Part shown: in pieces, positions 10,471 to 19,386 of the stretch
Layout of the letters: each line of letters opens with the position of its first letter
Numbering within the stretch: position 1 is the first letter of the stretch
Virus record (IMG/VR): IMGVR_UViG_3300042465_007039
Coordinates: 1-64,000 of that record
Length of the DNA: 64,000 bases
From: an uncultured virus (IMG/VR IMGVR_UViG_3300042465_007039)
Taxonomy: Duplodnaviria > Heunggongvirae > Uroviricota > Caudoviricetes
Strand: one strand, 5' to 3'
The notes under the pieces: generated by a model
Told to the model about the DNA's origin: nothing
Databases searched by the model: none
What the model saw: the letters and a program-made list of their open reading frames with translations, nothing else
Translations under genes and position numbers: made by a program

Positions 10471-11588
10471 TAATATCTGATCTACTGACTGAATCTGCTG
10501 GTCGTTGTCCTGAGTGCGGAGGCCCTGCTTTCTCAGATTTAATACTGGCCGAAAAGAAAGATGCCTGCTATCACAAGGTCAAGGCTAGTGCAAAAGTATG
10601 GCCCAGTGCTTATGCATCAGGTCGCCTGGTACAGTGTCGCAAAAAAGGTGCTGCCAACTATGGCAACAAGTCAGAAGGTGTGGCGGAGGACGAAGAGGTC
10701 TACCTCGGAGGAATGTCCAGGGCAGAAAGAGAAAGCCGCTTCAGACGTAGAAAACAAGATCTATTACAAGATTATGCTTTGTTGGGTAAGCTAACAACAG
10801 ACATGATTCGTGCAATTAATAACGAAGTGTTTTTGACAAAAGAACAAATAATTGATTTTTACAAGCAACAAATCGAAGATCCTGATTTAACAGCATTAGA
10901 ATATGCTCATGACAATAATATTCCAAGTAGCGGATTGTTAAAAGGTGTTTTACGCTACCTGGTCCAGCGCGGTTTTAGTATGCTTGACATTCGTAAGTTA
11001 ATGGGAAAAGCAGCTGAACAAAAAAAGAAAGATACGCTGGCATTGCCGCCACCTGGACCTGGTGAAGGTGTAGCGGAGGTCACAGGCGATGAAAAATTTA
11101 ACAAAGCAATGAGACGAACCACTGGCGACATCACTTCAGACGATGCTGCCGAAATGTGGCCAACACAAGAATTTGAACCAATTAATCTTGATTCATCATA
11201 CTTGCCAATGATGGAGAAATACAAGGCAAAATTATTTCCGTTAGCTTATGAATACTGGACTGACGGTGACAATGCAGATGAATTAAGAGCACTAGGTTGG
11301 GAGCCTGATTACGGCGACGACTATGTTATGGTGGTGCTGTCTGGCATTGGACATGATGGTCATATCCAATATGACAAATATGATTTTGATGCCGAAGGTG
11401 AAAATGTGACGGAAGCAGCAGACAACACTGCCTTTCGACAAGGCTACGAACGAGGCATACGATACTATCGTCGCGGCCCACAAAATCCCTACCAACCCAG
11501 AACTCTAGAGTTTACAGACTACAATGATGGCTATCAGATGGGCGAAGCTGACAGTTATGACAAATATGACACCTCAAGCATGGATTAA
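10467..11588 (+). CDS. modular cassette protein with GVAE linkers
   Basis: MIISDLLTE leader; CPECGG; DACYHKVK...QCRKK module; EGVAE twice and ENVTE junctions. Confidence 0.75.
   Translation: MIISDLLTESAGRCPECGGPAFSDLILAEKKDACYHKVKASAKVWPSAYASGRLVQCRKKGAANYGNKSEGVAEDEEVYLGGMSRAERESRFRRRKQDLLQDYALLGKLTTDMIRAINNEVFLTKEQIIDFYKQQIEDPDLTALEYAHDNNIPSSGLLKGVLRYLVQRGFSMLDIRKLMGKAAEQKKKDTLALPPPGPGEGVAEVTGDEKFNKAMRRTTGDITSDDAAEMWPTQEFEPINLDSSYLPMMEKYKAKLFPLAYEYWTDGDNADELRALGWEPDYGDDYVMVVLSGIGHDGHIQYDKYDFDAEGENVTEAADNTAFRQGYERGIRYYRRGPQNPYQPRTLEFTDYNDGYQMGEADSYDKYDTSSMD
10674..10688 (+). repeat. junction repeat GAAGGTGTGGCGGAG (EGVAE)
   Basis: Near-identical copies at 11064, 25687, 32879. Confidence 0.85.
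11064..11078 (+). repeat. junction repeat GAAGGTGTAGCGGAG (EGVAE)
   Basis: Copy of the 10674 repeat. Confidence 0.85.
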
Positions 11589-11618
11589 AACTCCAGGTAA
11601 CCAAAAACGAATTAAGAA

Positions 11619-11726
11619 ATGAAAACTTATAGGTTTACCAACCGCGGCCAAGAATTCATAATACAAGCTGTGGATTTGACCGCAGCACTGGTCATTTATC
11701 GTGAGCGACTGCGTGATGCGAGCTAA
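11619..11726 (+). CDS. 35-aa microprotein MKTYRFTNRGQEFIIQAVDLTAALVIYRERLRDAS
   Basis: Same length and pattern as 10002..10109. Confidence 0.65.
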   Translation: MKTYRFTNRGQEFIIQAVDLTAALVIYRERLRDAS

Positions 11727-12075
11727 AGAATTTGCACACTTGAAAGAAGATGCTGTGGAGGATCTTGAAAAAGATCTTGACAATCCCACGAGCTACAGTG
11801 CAATTGATCACATGATGCAGACCATTGCTAGAGATCACGGCATCACTGGCAAACAGTTGCACGATGCATTTGTGGCCAAACATGGTGTGATTCCAGACAA
11901 GTGGACACGCAAACAACTAAAAGAACTTAGCTTTTTGGGATCTGAATGTACCAAGGACTGCTCGGGGCATCGAGCTGGTTATGACTGGAGTGCCCGCAAA
12001 GGCAATCGCCCAGGCAACAGTCCCTACAGTCCCAGCTTCAACAAAGGCGCCAATCTCCGAGCCGCTGGCAAGTAA
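11716..12075 (+). CDS. small modular hypothetical protein
   Basis: MRAKEF leader; LKE junctions; CTKDCSGHRAGY module. Confidence 0.7.
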   Translation: MRAKEFAHLKEDAVEDLEKDLDNPTSYSAIDHMMQTIARDHGITGKQLHDAFVAKHGVIPDKWTRKQLKELSFLGSECTKDCSGHRAGYDWSARKGNRPGNSPYSPSFNKGANLRAAGK

Positions 12076-12804
12076 TCACAGCCGAGTATAAACAAAGTAC
12101 AAGCGTTCGTTGGCTTCACGCTTGAATGTGTCCAGCTTTAGATTGTACAGTTCAGCAAACTCATTTGCTATTTCAAACGTCCAAGGAAAGATTTCCACAT
12201 AAGGACCTGTCTTGTGCGGAATTCCCGGATTGGCTCGCAAAAAGAATTTGCCACCAGGCCGAAGCAAACTCACACAATGTGCAAATCGTACCTGAATATC
12301 TTCTCGGCTGTTGAAGTTGATGGATCCCAGTGCAATAATCACATCATGGCTTTCAGGTCGGACTCGGTAATCTAATATATCCACTTCGTAATCTGCGCAG
12401 TTATTGTAGGGGTCTATACCAATTAGGTTCTGGATGCGTCCTTTGAATGGATGATAGCCACAGCCCACATCCAGCACACTCACAGGATCGAGTTTGTTGA
12501 TTTGATCTGCCAACTCCCAGCCTGTGTGCTCGTAGTCGCCGGTGCGTGGTTTCCAGATTTCACTGAAGAAACGCAGGATATAGCGTTCACTTAGATCATC
12601 TACAATATCTCGCAGTGTGCCTTGATAGTCACAGGACAAGCTGAGTTCAGCTTCTACAGCGTCTTTGAACTTGGCGTATCTTGCTGGTGTCCACGGCAGT
12701 TGATCTACCGGTGTATCAGCATCAATAACAATTTTCTGATACTTGGGTAAATTAAACGCAGACTGAAGATTTTTTTGGATTAGAGTAAAAATTTTTGTGT
12801 TCAT
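12076..12804 (-). CDS. class I SAM-dependent methyltransferase
   Basis: VLDVGCG motif I, GIDP, LRPGG. Confidence 0.85.
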   Translation of the reverse strand: MNTKIFTLIQKNLQSAFNLPKYQKIVIDADTPVDQLPWTPARYAKFKDAVEAELSLSCDYQGTLRDIVDDLSERYILRFFSEIWKPRTGDYEHTGWELADQINKLDPVSVLDVGCGYHPFKGRIQNLIGIDPYNNCADYEVDILDYRVRPESHDVIIALGSINFNSREDIQVRFAHCVSLLRPGGKFFLRANPGIPHKTGPYVEIFPWTFEIANEFAELYNLKLDTFKREANERLYFVYTRL

Positions 12805-12856
12805 GAGAAAAATTTGGTAAATAAATGTGATTCAAAGTTATTTAAGGAGTTTTACT

Positions 12857-13813
12857 ATGATCAAAAAATTATTACTGGTGTTGTTGGCCGTGCCTGTTAT
12901 GGCTGCTGCCTGGCAACCCACCAAACCTGTAACAGTTATCTACCCCAATGGCCCCGGTGCAGGCAACGAAATTTCATTTCGCATTGTGGCCGACATTGTG
13001 GAAAGAAAAACCGGTACAGTATTCCGAGCAGAGCACCGACCAGGCGCAGATGGTAACATTGCTATCAATCACTTTGCCACTGTACCAGCTGATGGATACA
13101 CTGTGGCCATGCCTGCTTGCAACTCCAATTGGGTTACAGCAGAAGTTTGGTACCCACAAACAGTCAAGTACAATATGTTTGATTTTGAACCAGTGGCCAA
13201 CATTGCCAAGAGTCCACTAGCATTTTGGGCAAACCCTGCTAGCAAAGTAAACACACCTGAAGATTTAATTCGTGAAATTCGAAGCAAGAGCCGGCCACTT
13301 AACTTTGCTATCGGCGGCGGCGGACACAAACTAGCAGTGGAATACCTAACAGATGCACTAGCTGTGCCGGGCGGTGATCGAGTACAAACTGCCATGTACA
13401 AAGGTCCAGCGCAAGCATTGTTGGATGTCATAGGTGGCCATGTGGAATTTGCAGTTACTCCAGTGGGAGTAGGTTATCCCCATGTCAAGGCTGGCAAACT
13501 CAAGCTGATTGGTTTGGCCAGCGAAGTTCCGCTCAAAGGTCTAGAGTCTGCTGAATTAATGAGCAAGTATGCTCCAGGACTCAACTTGTATGGTTGCTGG
13601 AACTTGATTCTGCCCAAGGGCACACCACAAGATGTACAGCAATGGTATCATGACAATTTTGTGCCGGCTATCCGTAGCGCAGAAGCACAAAAGAAGTTTG
13701 ATGATAATTTGATGTTTATCACTCGGAAAGAACACACCCCGGCTGGTGTGCATGCGGCCATGGTTAGACTCAAGTCAGACTGGACTCCGATTGCTAGAAA
13801 GGTTGCGCCTTGA
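12857..13813 (+). CDS. Bug/TctC-family tripartite tricarboxylate transporter substrate-binding protein
   Basis: Signal peptide, PTKPVTVI, RPGADGNIA, DGYT, YKGPAQALLDVIGGHV, GKLKLIG, PKGTP; AAGGAG RBS. Confidence 0.9.
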   Translation: MIKKLLLVLLAVPVMAAAWQPTKPVTVIYPNGPGAGNEISFRIVADIVERKTGTVFRAEHRPGADGNIAINHFATVPADGYTVAMPACNSNWVTAEVWYPQTVKYNMFDFEPVANIAKSPLAFWANPASKVNTPEDLIREIRSKSRPLNFAIGGGGHKLAVEYLTDALAVPGGDRVQTAMYKGPAQALLDVIGGHVEFAVTPVGVGYPHVKAGKLKLIGLASEVPLKGLESAELMSKYAPGLNLYGCWNLILPKGTPQDVQQWYHDNFVPAIRSAEAQKKFDDNLMFITRKEHTPAGVHAAMVRLKSDWTPIARKVAP

Positions 13814-13866
13814 AATACCCAGCATAAAAATATCAAATACACAACATTATCTTGATAAATTAATGC

Positions 13867-14727
13867 ATGACACAATCTAAACGTATACTAATCATGGGCT
13901 TGCCTGGCTCGGGCAAAACCTACTTTGCCGAAAAGCTAAAGAAATACCTGGAGGACAATTCTAATACACAGACCATGCCAGTTGAGCGTATGCTGCACTT
14001 AGAATTGCCGCCCATTTACTATACCAGCAAGGTGGACTGGTTCAATGCAGATGATGTGCGCAAACGATTCAACGACTGGGATTTCAGCCGTGAAGGGCGC
14101 ATTCGTCAAAGTATCAGAATGTTTGATTTTGCTGTGAGCTGCACTGAAGACTTTGTGATCTGTGACTTTGTGGCACCTTTGGTGGAGATGAGAAACAACT
14201 TCAAAGCAGATTGGACCATCTGGATGGACACCATTGATGCAGGCCGCTACGAAGATACCAACCGAGCGTTTGTTCCACCCGAGCAGTATGACTTTAGAGT
14301 CACAGAACAAAATGCTGAAAAATGGGCAGAGTTTGTGGGTGACCATATTTTGTATAATCGTCGGCGTCCAAGATTTGATTGGCAACGAGAAACAGTGCAA
14401 ATGTTGGGTCGTTGGCAACCTTGGCATGCAGGACATCGGGCCTTGTTTGATCGACTTATTGCTCGTACTGGGCAAGTTGTCATACAGATTCGTGATGTGC
14501 AAGGTTGGCAAGGTTCAAATCCTTTTGCAGTACAACAAGTAAAAGACTTTATTCGTCGAGATCTAGACCCATTGTATCAGGGACAATACGAAATACAAGT
14601 GGTGCCCAACATTGTACACATTGGGTGGGGGCGCGGGGTAGGATACACGTCAGGTGAAGAAACATTTGACGAAACCATTACAAACATTTCTGCCACCAAA
14701 ATCCGAAAAGAATTAGGGTTAAAATAA
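13867..14727 (+). CDS. adenylylsulfate-kinase-like P-loop domain fused to HxGH nucleotidyltransferase domain
   Basis: GLPGSGKT, NADDVR, FSREGRIRQ, FVAP (CysC-like); GRWQPWHAGH and ISATKIR. Confidence 0.75.
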   Translation: MTQSKRILIMGLPGSGKTYFAEKLKKYLEDNSNTQTMPVERMLHLELPPIYYTSKVDWFNADDVRKRFNDWDFSREGRIRQSIRMFDFAVSCTEDFVICDFVAPLVEMRNNFKADWTIWMDTIDAGRYEDTNRAFVPPEQYDFRVTEQNAEKWAEFVGDHILYNRRRPRFDWQRETVQMLGRWQPWHAGHRALFDRLIARTGQVVIQIRDVQGWQGSNPFAVQQVKDFIRRDLDPLYQGQYEIQVVPNIVHIGWGRGVGYTSGEETFDETITNISATKIRKELGLK

Positions 14728-14774
14728 AATGTTCAACTGTGTGAAATGTAATGTATTATTAGAAAGAACTTATT

Positions 14775-14942
14775 ATGTCAGAAAACAAACCAACTTTTAT
14801 ACAAGCAATCAAAGCAGCACAGGCGCTCAAAACCAAAATTTCGCCTGAGACGGCGGCAACAATACAACAAACAAAGAAAACACCTAGGTCGCAGGTCACC
14901 ACCAACAAGCCCACCACACGAACCACTGGCCGCGGTAGATAA
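14775..14942 (+). CDS. 55-aa basic hypothetical protein
   Basis: ORF MSENKPTF...RTTGRGR ending immediately before the next ATG. Confidence 0.6.
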   Translation: MSENKPTFIQAIKAAQALKTKISPETAATIQQTKKTPRSQVTTNKPTTRTTGRGR

Positions 14943-15809
14943 ATGATATTGTCTGATTTATTTCAACTTTTTAGAATCAATCAACATTGGGGCACGTCAG
15001 GAATAGATTCTATTAAGCGATGTTTGAACAAACAACATTTTTTAAACTATCCGCACAAGGTTGAATATCAGTACAACAGTCGAGGATTTAGAGATGCCGA
15101 ATGGCCTGAGACTATACAGGAGTTACAGAACGCTATTTGGTGTGTTGGAGACAGTTTTACTGTGGGTATTGGCAGTCCTTATGAATTCACGTGGCCGCAA
15201 GTTCTAGCCAAAGCCACTGGTCGCCGATGTATCAATGTCAGCATGGACGGTGCTAGCAATACCTGGATTAGTCGCCGTGCCAGACAAATTATTCATGAAA
15301 TCAACCCAACTCACATGGTAGTGTTATGGTCGTACATTCATCGTAGAGAATTGCCTAACGTTGATATCCCTGACGAAACTAGAATGATGCATTTTGACAA
15401 ATCCCAGTCAGAATTAGACGATCTTAAGAATTTTATCAATTGCTACACCAATTTAAAAAATTGTACAGCAAGTGTCAATATATTTAACGGAATTATACCA
15501 CGTTCGGGAGTGAATGGTGTTTGTGATCATATGATCCAAAGCTGGCACAACATAAAAGATCCTTCATGGTCTGAATTTCCCCCAACTACACAGGTTGAAT
15601 TTGACCAATTACCTGCCCATATAAAACAAGAAACTACTGATATATTTTCCAATGACCAGTTAGAAATTTGGTTTATTAAAAACAATTTTTGTAATATAAA
15701 TCAACTGACTGCATTGTCCATGTTAGACTATGCTAGAGATTACCATCATTTTGACTGTATCACTAGCGAGTTTTTTGTTAAACAGATTCTCAAGAACTTT
15801 GATGATTAA
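14943..15809 (+). CDS. SGNH/GDSL-hydrolase-like protein
   Basis: GDSFT block I, NVSMDGASN block II, C-terminal DYHH. Confidence 0.65.
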   Translation: MILSDLFQLFRINQHWGTSGIDSIKRCLNKQHFLNYPHKVEYQYNSRGFRDAEWPETIQELQNAIWCVGDSFTVGIGSPYEFTWPQVLAKATGRRCINVSMDGASNTWISRRARQIIHEINPTHMVVLWSYIHRRELPNVDIPDETRMMHFDKSQSELDDLKNFINCYTNLKNCTASVNIFNGIIPRSGVNGVCDHMIQSWHNIKDPSWSEFPPTTQVEFDQLPAHIKQETTDIFSNDQLEIWFIKNNFCNINQLTALSMLDYARDYHHFDCITSEFFVKQILKNFDD

Positions 15810-17019
15810 CTAAATCTGTTGTAGATTTGTGCCAGAATTGATTTTCTTGCCGGACCTGATTTAAAACATCTTCAGCAGCAATTGGTTTTGCAATGCTCGA
15901 ATTGTTGATTGCCCAATGGTTGTATATTTCAGTCAATTGATCGAAATTTTTTACTATCTTTGTTTTTTCGGCCAGGGTTTGTTTTTTGATTGGTGGCCCA
16001 TTCTTCAAAATTCCTAATTTGACCATTTGATCAATAGTCTTTTGTGCTTCTACATAGCCTTGTTTTGCAAAAGACAATTCAGATTGTCGATCTTGTGGCA
16101 ACAAAGAAAATATGCCCTCTTGACGAACATAGTCACGTGTAAATTGTGTTTTGATTGACACGGGCAGTTGATTAATATCTTGCGGTGTAGTTATTGCTGG
16201 CCAATCTATTGGCGATTTTTGCTGATAGTAAGACACTGACTCAGGAAGGTCTAATATCAATTGGTCAATTTTGTTGTTTGAGTCAAACATTAAACTACTC
16301 AAATCACTGCGAGCATAGTGCATCTTGTTCCAGGTGTTGAATGTAATTCCAAAGTTTTTTTCCCAGGTTACCAATTCAGGCTGACTGCTAAACACTGGAA
16401 GGCCAAGAATAAACTGTTCAAGTCTTGGCACATCTTGTTCGTAGTTAAAATATGAACTTACGTTGAAATACTGATTGCTCCAGTTGATATAATCACGGTA
16501 CGCATTGAGCTGATACTCAAAAGCCTGCGAATCAAGTTGTATTCCTGATTGATAAATGTCATAAAATGTATCTATTTTTTCAGTGGCTGAATATACATTT
16601 AATTTTTTAGTTACTTTGTTGAGTGTCATACTCAAAGCATGCTCGAACACATTGGCTCTGCGACACGCAATTATGTAAAAGTTTTTGTTAAGGTACTGAT
16701 AAAAAGGCACCTGTTGAGCAACAGTATCGTTGCGATGACGTATATGATAATGCGCAAGTCTGGAAGTTTTATAATGATCTACACTGCCGAGTAGTTCAAC
16801 CACTTGTTCCAGCGACTGATAATACCCCCAGTTTTTGATTGCATGTTTGCTTACAAGTTCCTGGTTGAATTCAGGACTGTAATACTTGGCCAGGCCATTG
16901 GTTAATTCGTGCAGGTTAATCACCGGACGGCCGAACTGATGAAACTGCATGTATATGGTCAGCATGCGTTGCAACAAAGTGCTGCCCACAGCGTCGGGCG
17001 TCAGAATTAATACATTCAT
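15790..17019 (-). CDS. sulfotransferase-like protein
   Basis: N-terminal ILTPDAVGSTLL resembles the 5'-PAPS loop; RRANVFEHALS resembles the 3'-phosphate motif; YEQD. Confidence 0.45.
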   Translation of the reverse strand: MNVLILTPDAVGSTLLQRMLTIYMQFHQFGRPVINLHELTNGLAKYYSPEFNQELVSKHAIKNWGYYQSLEQVVELLGSVDHYKTSRLAHYHIRHRNDTVAQQVPFYQYLNKNFYIIACRRANVFEHALSMTLNKVTKKLNVYSATEKIDTFYDIYQSGIQLDSQAFEYQLNAYRDYINWSNQYFNVSSYFNYEQDVPRLEQFILGLPVFSSQPELVTWEKNFGITFNTWNKMHYARSDLSSLMFDSNNKIDQLILDLPESVSYYQQKSPIDWPAITTPQDINQLPVSIKTQFTRDYVRQEGIFSLLPQDRQSELSFAKQGYVEAQKTIDQMVKLGILKNGPPIKKQTLAEKTKIVKNFDQLTEIYNHWAINNSSIAKPIAAEDVLNQVRQENQFWHKSTTDLVNHQSS

Positions 17020-17119
17020 ATAGCAATACTTATGATGTAAAAATTATGTGCCCAGTTAATCACGACGTGAATCACGCCAGAATGGGATAAATATTCTTAT
17101 ATAACAAGGTATCAACACT

Positions 17120-17176
17120 ATGCAAATTAGCACTGCACAACTGCAACAAATCATACCCGGTAATCCCTATGTTTAG
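17120..17176 (+). pseudogene. truncated 5' remnant of an endolysin paralog
   Basis: MQISTAQLQQIIPGNPYV* aligns with LTLSQLEEMVPGNPHI of the adjacent GH19 gene; preceded by TAAATA and AAGGT. Confidence 0.6.
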
Positions 17177-17229
17177 CATGGCTGCTAACACACAGGGTGG
17201 TCAGTCTAAAATTAATGGAGCACACTAAA

Positions 17230-17856
17230 ATGTCAAACAATTTTGGGTTAACATTGTCACAACTGGAAGAAATGGTTCCGGGAAATCCTCATATTGATAG
17301 TTGGTACGAAGCACTGGAGCAGATACTGCCAGACTACGATATCAACACTCCGCAGAGAATTGCAGCATTTGTTGCTCAATGCGCTCATGAAAGCGGTGGA
17401 TTCAAATTTATCAAAGAAAATTTAAATTATAGGGCAGTCAGTCTGCGCAAGACTTTTGCCAAGTATTTTCCCACAGATGAATTGGCACAGCAGTATGCAG
17501 GCAAAGGCGAAATGATTGCCAATAGAGTTTATGCCAATCGCATGGGCAACGGCAATGAAGCCAGTGGCGATGGTTATCGTTATTGTGGTCGAGGCCTTAT
17601 TCAGTTGACTGGCAAAGACAACTACACTCGCTATGCCGAAAGCACAGAACAGTCAGTGGAAGAAGCCAGCGAACATTTATTAACCTTCGAAGGCTGTGTA
17701 CAAAGTGCTGCATGGTTCTGGGAAGCCAACAACTTGAATCAATGGGCCGACAAGGGTGACATTGTCACCTTGACCAAACGAATCAATGGCGGCACCATTG
17801 GGCTCGAAGATCGTATCAAACACTATAATCATGCTTTACATGTGCTAGGATTATAA
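17230..17856 (+). CDS. glycoside hydrolase family 19 endolysin
   Basis: AAFVAQCAHESGGF, ENLNY, GDGYRYCGRGLIQLTG, TKRINGG. Confidence 0.93.
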   Translation: MSNNFGLTLSQLEEMVPGNPHIDSWYEALEQILPDYDINTPQRIAAFVAQCAHESGGFKFIKENLNYRAVSLRKTFAKYFPTDELAQQYAGKGEMIANRVYANRMGNGNEASGDGYRYCGRGLIQLTGKDNYTRYAESTEQSVEEASEHLLTFEGCVQSAAWFWEANNLNQWADKGDIVTLTKRINGGTIGLEDRIKHYNHALHVLGL

Positions 17857-17857
17857 T

Positions 17858-18340
17858 ATGTGGTTACTGCATTTCTTTTCGGACAGTTTTTTACAGTTTA
17901 TAGTCAATGCAGTATTGATAACTGGCGTAGTCGGCACTGTTTTATTCTGTTTCTTTCTCAATAAGATTTTACAATTTTTTCCGCCACTGGCACCGTACTA
18001 CAAAGCATTGCAAATTGGCAGCATAGTTGTACTGTTGGCTGGCGTGTACTTTAAAGGCGGCTACGCTACTGAAATGATTTGGCGTGACAAGGTAAAAGAA
18101 GTAGAAGCCAAGTTGGCCGCAGCTGAAGCTGAAAGCAAAAAAGAAACTGTAAAAATTGTAGAACGGGTTGTCAAGAAGACCGAAGTTATTCAGCGGCGTG
18201 GGCAAGATGTTGTTCAATATATTGATCGAGAAGTTGTCAAATACGATACAAAATTTTTACCTGGTGGCGTGTGTGAAATACCAAAAGAATTTGTCAAAGC
18301 ACACAATGACGCTGCTACTCCAGTTGAGGCTAAGAAATGA
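17858..18340 (+). CDS. inner-membrane spanin-like protein
   Basis: N-terminal TM helices, coiled coil, C-terminal Cys; between endolysin and lipoprotein. Confidence 0.65.
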   Translation: MWLLHFFSDSFLQFIVNAVLITGVVGTVLFCFFLNKILQFFPPLAPYYKALQIGSIVVLLAGVYFKGGYATEMIWRDKVKEVEAKLAAAEAESKKETVKIVERVVKKTEVIQRRGQDVVQYIDREVVKYDTKFLPGGVCEIPKEFVKAHNDAATPVEAKK

Positions 18341-18606
18341 AATATCTATTATTACTGTCAGTAGTGTTGTTACAAGCCTGTGGCACAACAGTACCAGTCT
18401 CTGCAAAATTTCCCGACAGTCCAGGCGCAATTGCAACACAAACATGCCCCGCATTGCAGCAACTATCACAGGATCCCAAACTAAGCGAAGTATCTAAAAC
18501 AATCACCATCAACTATACCACCTACTATGAATGTGCAATCAAAGTTGATGCCTGGAATGATTGGTACAAAATACAAAAAAATATTTTTGAAAAGGCAGCA
18601 AAATGA
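18337..18606 (+). CDS. outer-membrane spanin-like lipoprotein
   Basis: Lipobox LLQAC, Pro-rich region, Cys pair. Confidence 0.7.
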   Translation: MKYLLLLSVVLLQACGTTVPVSAKFPDSPGAIATQTCPALQQLSQDPKLSEVSKTITINYTTYYECAIKVDAWNDWYKIQKNIFEKAAK

Positions 18607-19100
18607 GTAAAGAAACAAAAAAAGAAGACTGGATGAATTCAAAATGGCGTCCAGCCATGGGTTGGATGTACATGGTTGTCTGTATGATGGACATGGTGAT
18701 ATTTCCCATACTATGGAGTCTACTACAGACCGTAACTCACACACCTATCACTCAGTGGAATCCGTTGACACTGCAAGGCGCTGGACTATTTCACCTGGCC
18801 ATGGGTGCAGTGTTAGGTGTTGCTGCGTATGGTCGTACGCAAGAAAAACTTGGCGGAGCCAACAATGGCGGAATACAAACACCAACAACAGGATTCTCCA
18901 GCGGGCCTTCAACATTTAGCCAACCGTCGGCAGGAGGCTTCGGTTCTCCAGCACCAAGTAGCTTTGCTGGTAGTTCAGGATTTGGAACGGCAACGCCTGC
19001 ATCAAGTTTTACCCCAGCACCAAGTTGGGGGACAACCCCAACAGCAACAACAGCCAGCGGTAAGAAAGTTGTACCAGAGTTTAATCAGCCAGAAATTTAA
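18603..19100 (+). CDS. holin-like membrane protein (GTA 3TM holin family-like)
   Basis: KWRPAMGW, TM helices, YGRTQEK; low-complexity tail; lysis context. Confidence 0.7.
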   Translation: MSKETKKEDWMNSKWRPAMGWMYMVVCMMDMVIFPILWSLLQTVTHTPITQWNPLTLQGAGLFHLAMGAVLGVAAYGRTQEKLGGANNGGIQTPTTGFSSGPSTFSQPSAGGFGSPAPSSFAGSSGFGTATPASSFTPAPSWGTTPTATTASGKKVVPEFNQPEI

Positions 19101-19113
19101 AAAGGAGTATAAA

Positions 19114-19329
19114 ATGAAATTATTATTAGCACTAGCAACAAGTTTGATATTAGTTGGCACAGCACATGCCGCTGCTGAAATTAAAGAAATTTGCTCACCA
19201 AAAATGGACTCCTCTGGCAAACCAGTCATGGATAAGAAAACTGGTAAACAAGTTCAAATTTGTAAGAAAATCAAAGTCCATAAAAAAGTAGAAGGTACCA
19301 CTGTCCCTGACAAAAATGCTAAAAAGTAA
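19114..19329 (+). CDS. small secreted Lys-rich protein
   Basis: AAGGAG RBS, Sec signal ending AHA, two Cys. Confidence 0.7.
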   Translation: MKLLLALATSLILVGTAHAAAEIKEICSPKMDSSGKPVMDKKTGKQVQICKKIKVHKKVEGTTVPDKNAKK

Positions 19330-19339
19330 CGACTAACTC

Positions 19340-19375
19340 AGCAGTCAGCATAACTATTGTGTTGACTGCTTTTTT
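19340..19375 (+). terminator. rho-independent terminator
   Basis: AGCAGTCAGCA / TGTTGACTGCT stem followed by T run. Confidence 0.75.
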
Positions 19376-19386
19376 ACGACTCAAAT

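Noticed and set aside
17171..17190. TAG in the endolysin remnant as evidence of stop-codon reassignment
   Set aside because: Reading through meets TAA three codons later; TAG and TGA end intact genes elsewhere and long genes are uninterrupted
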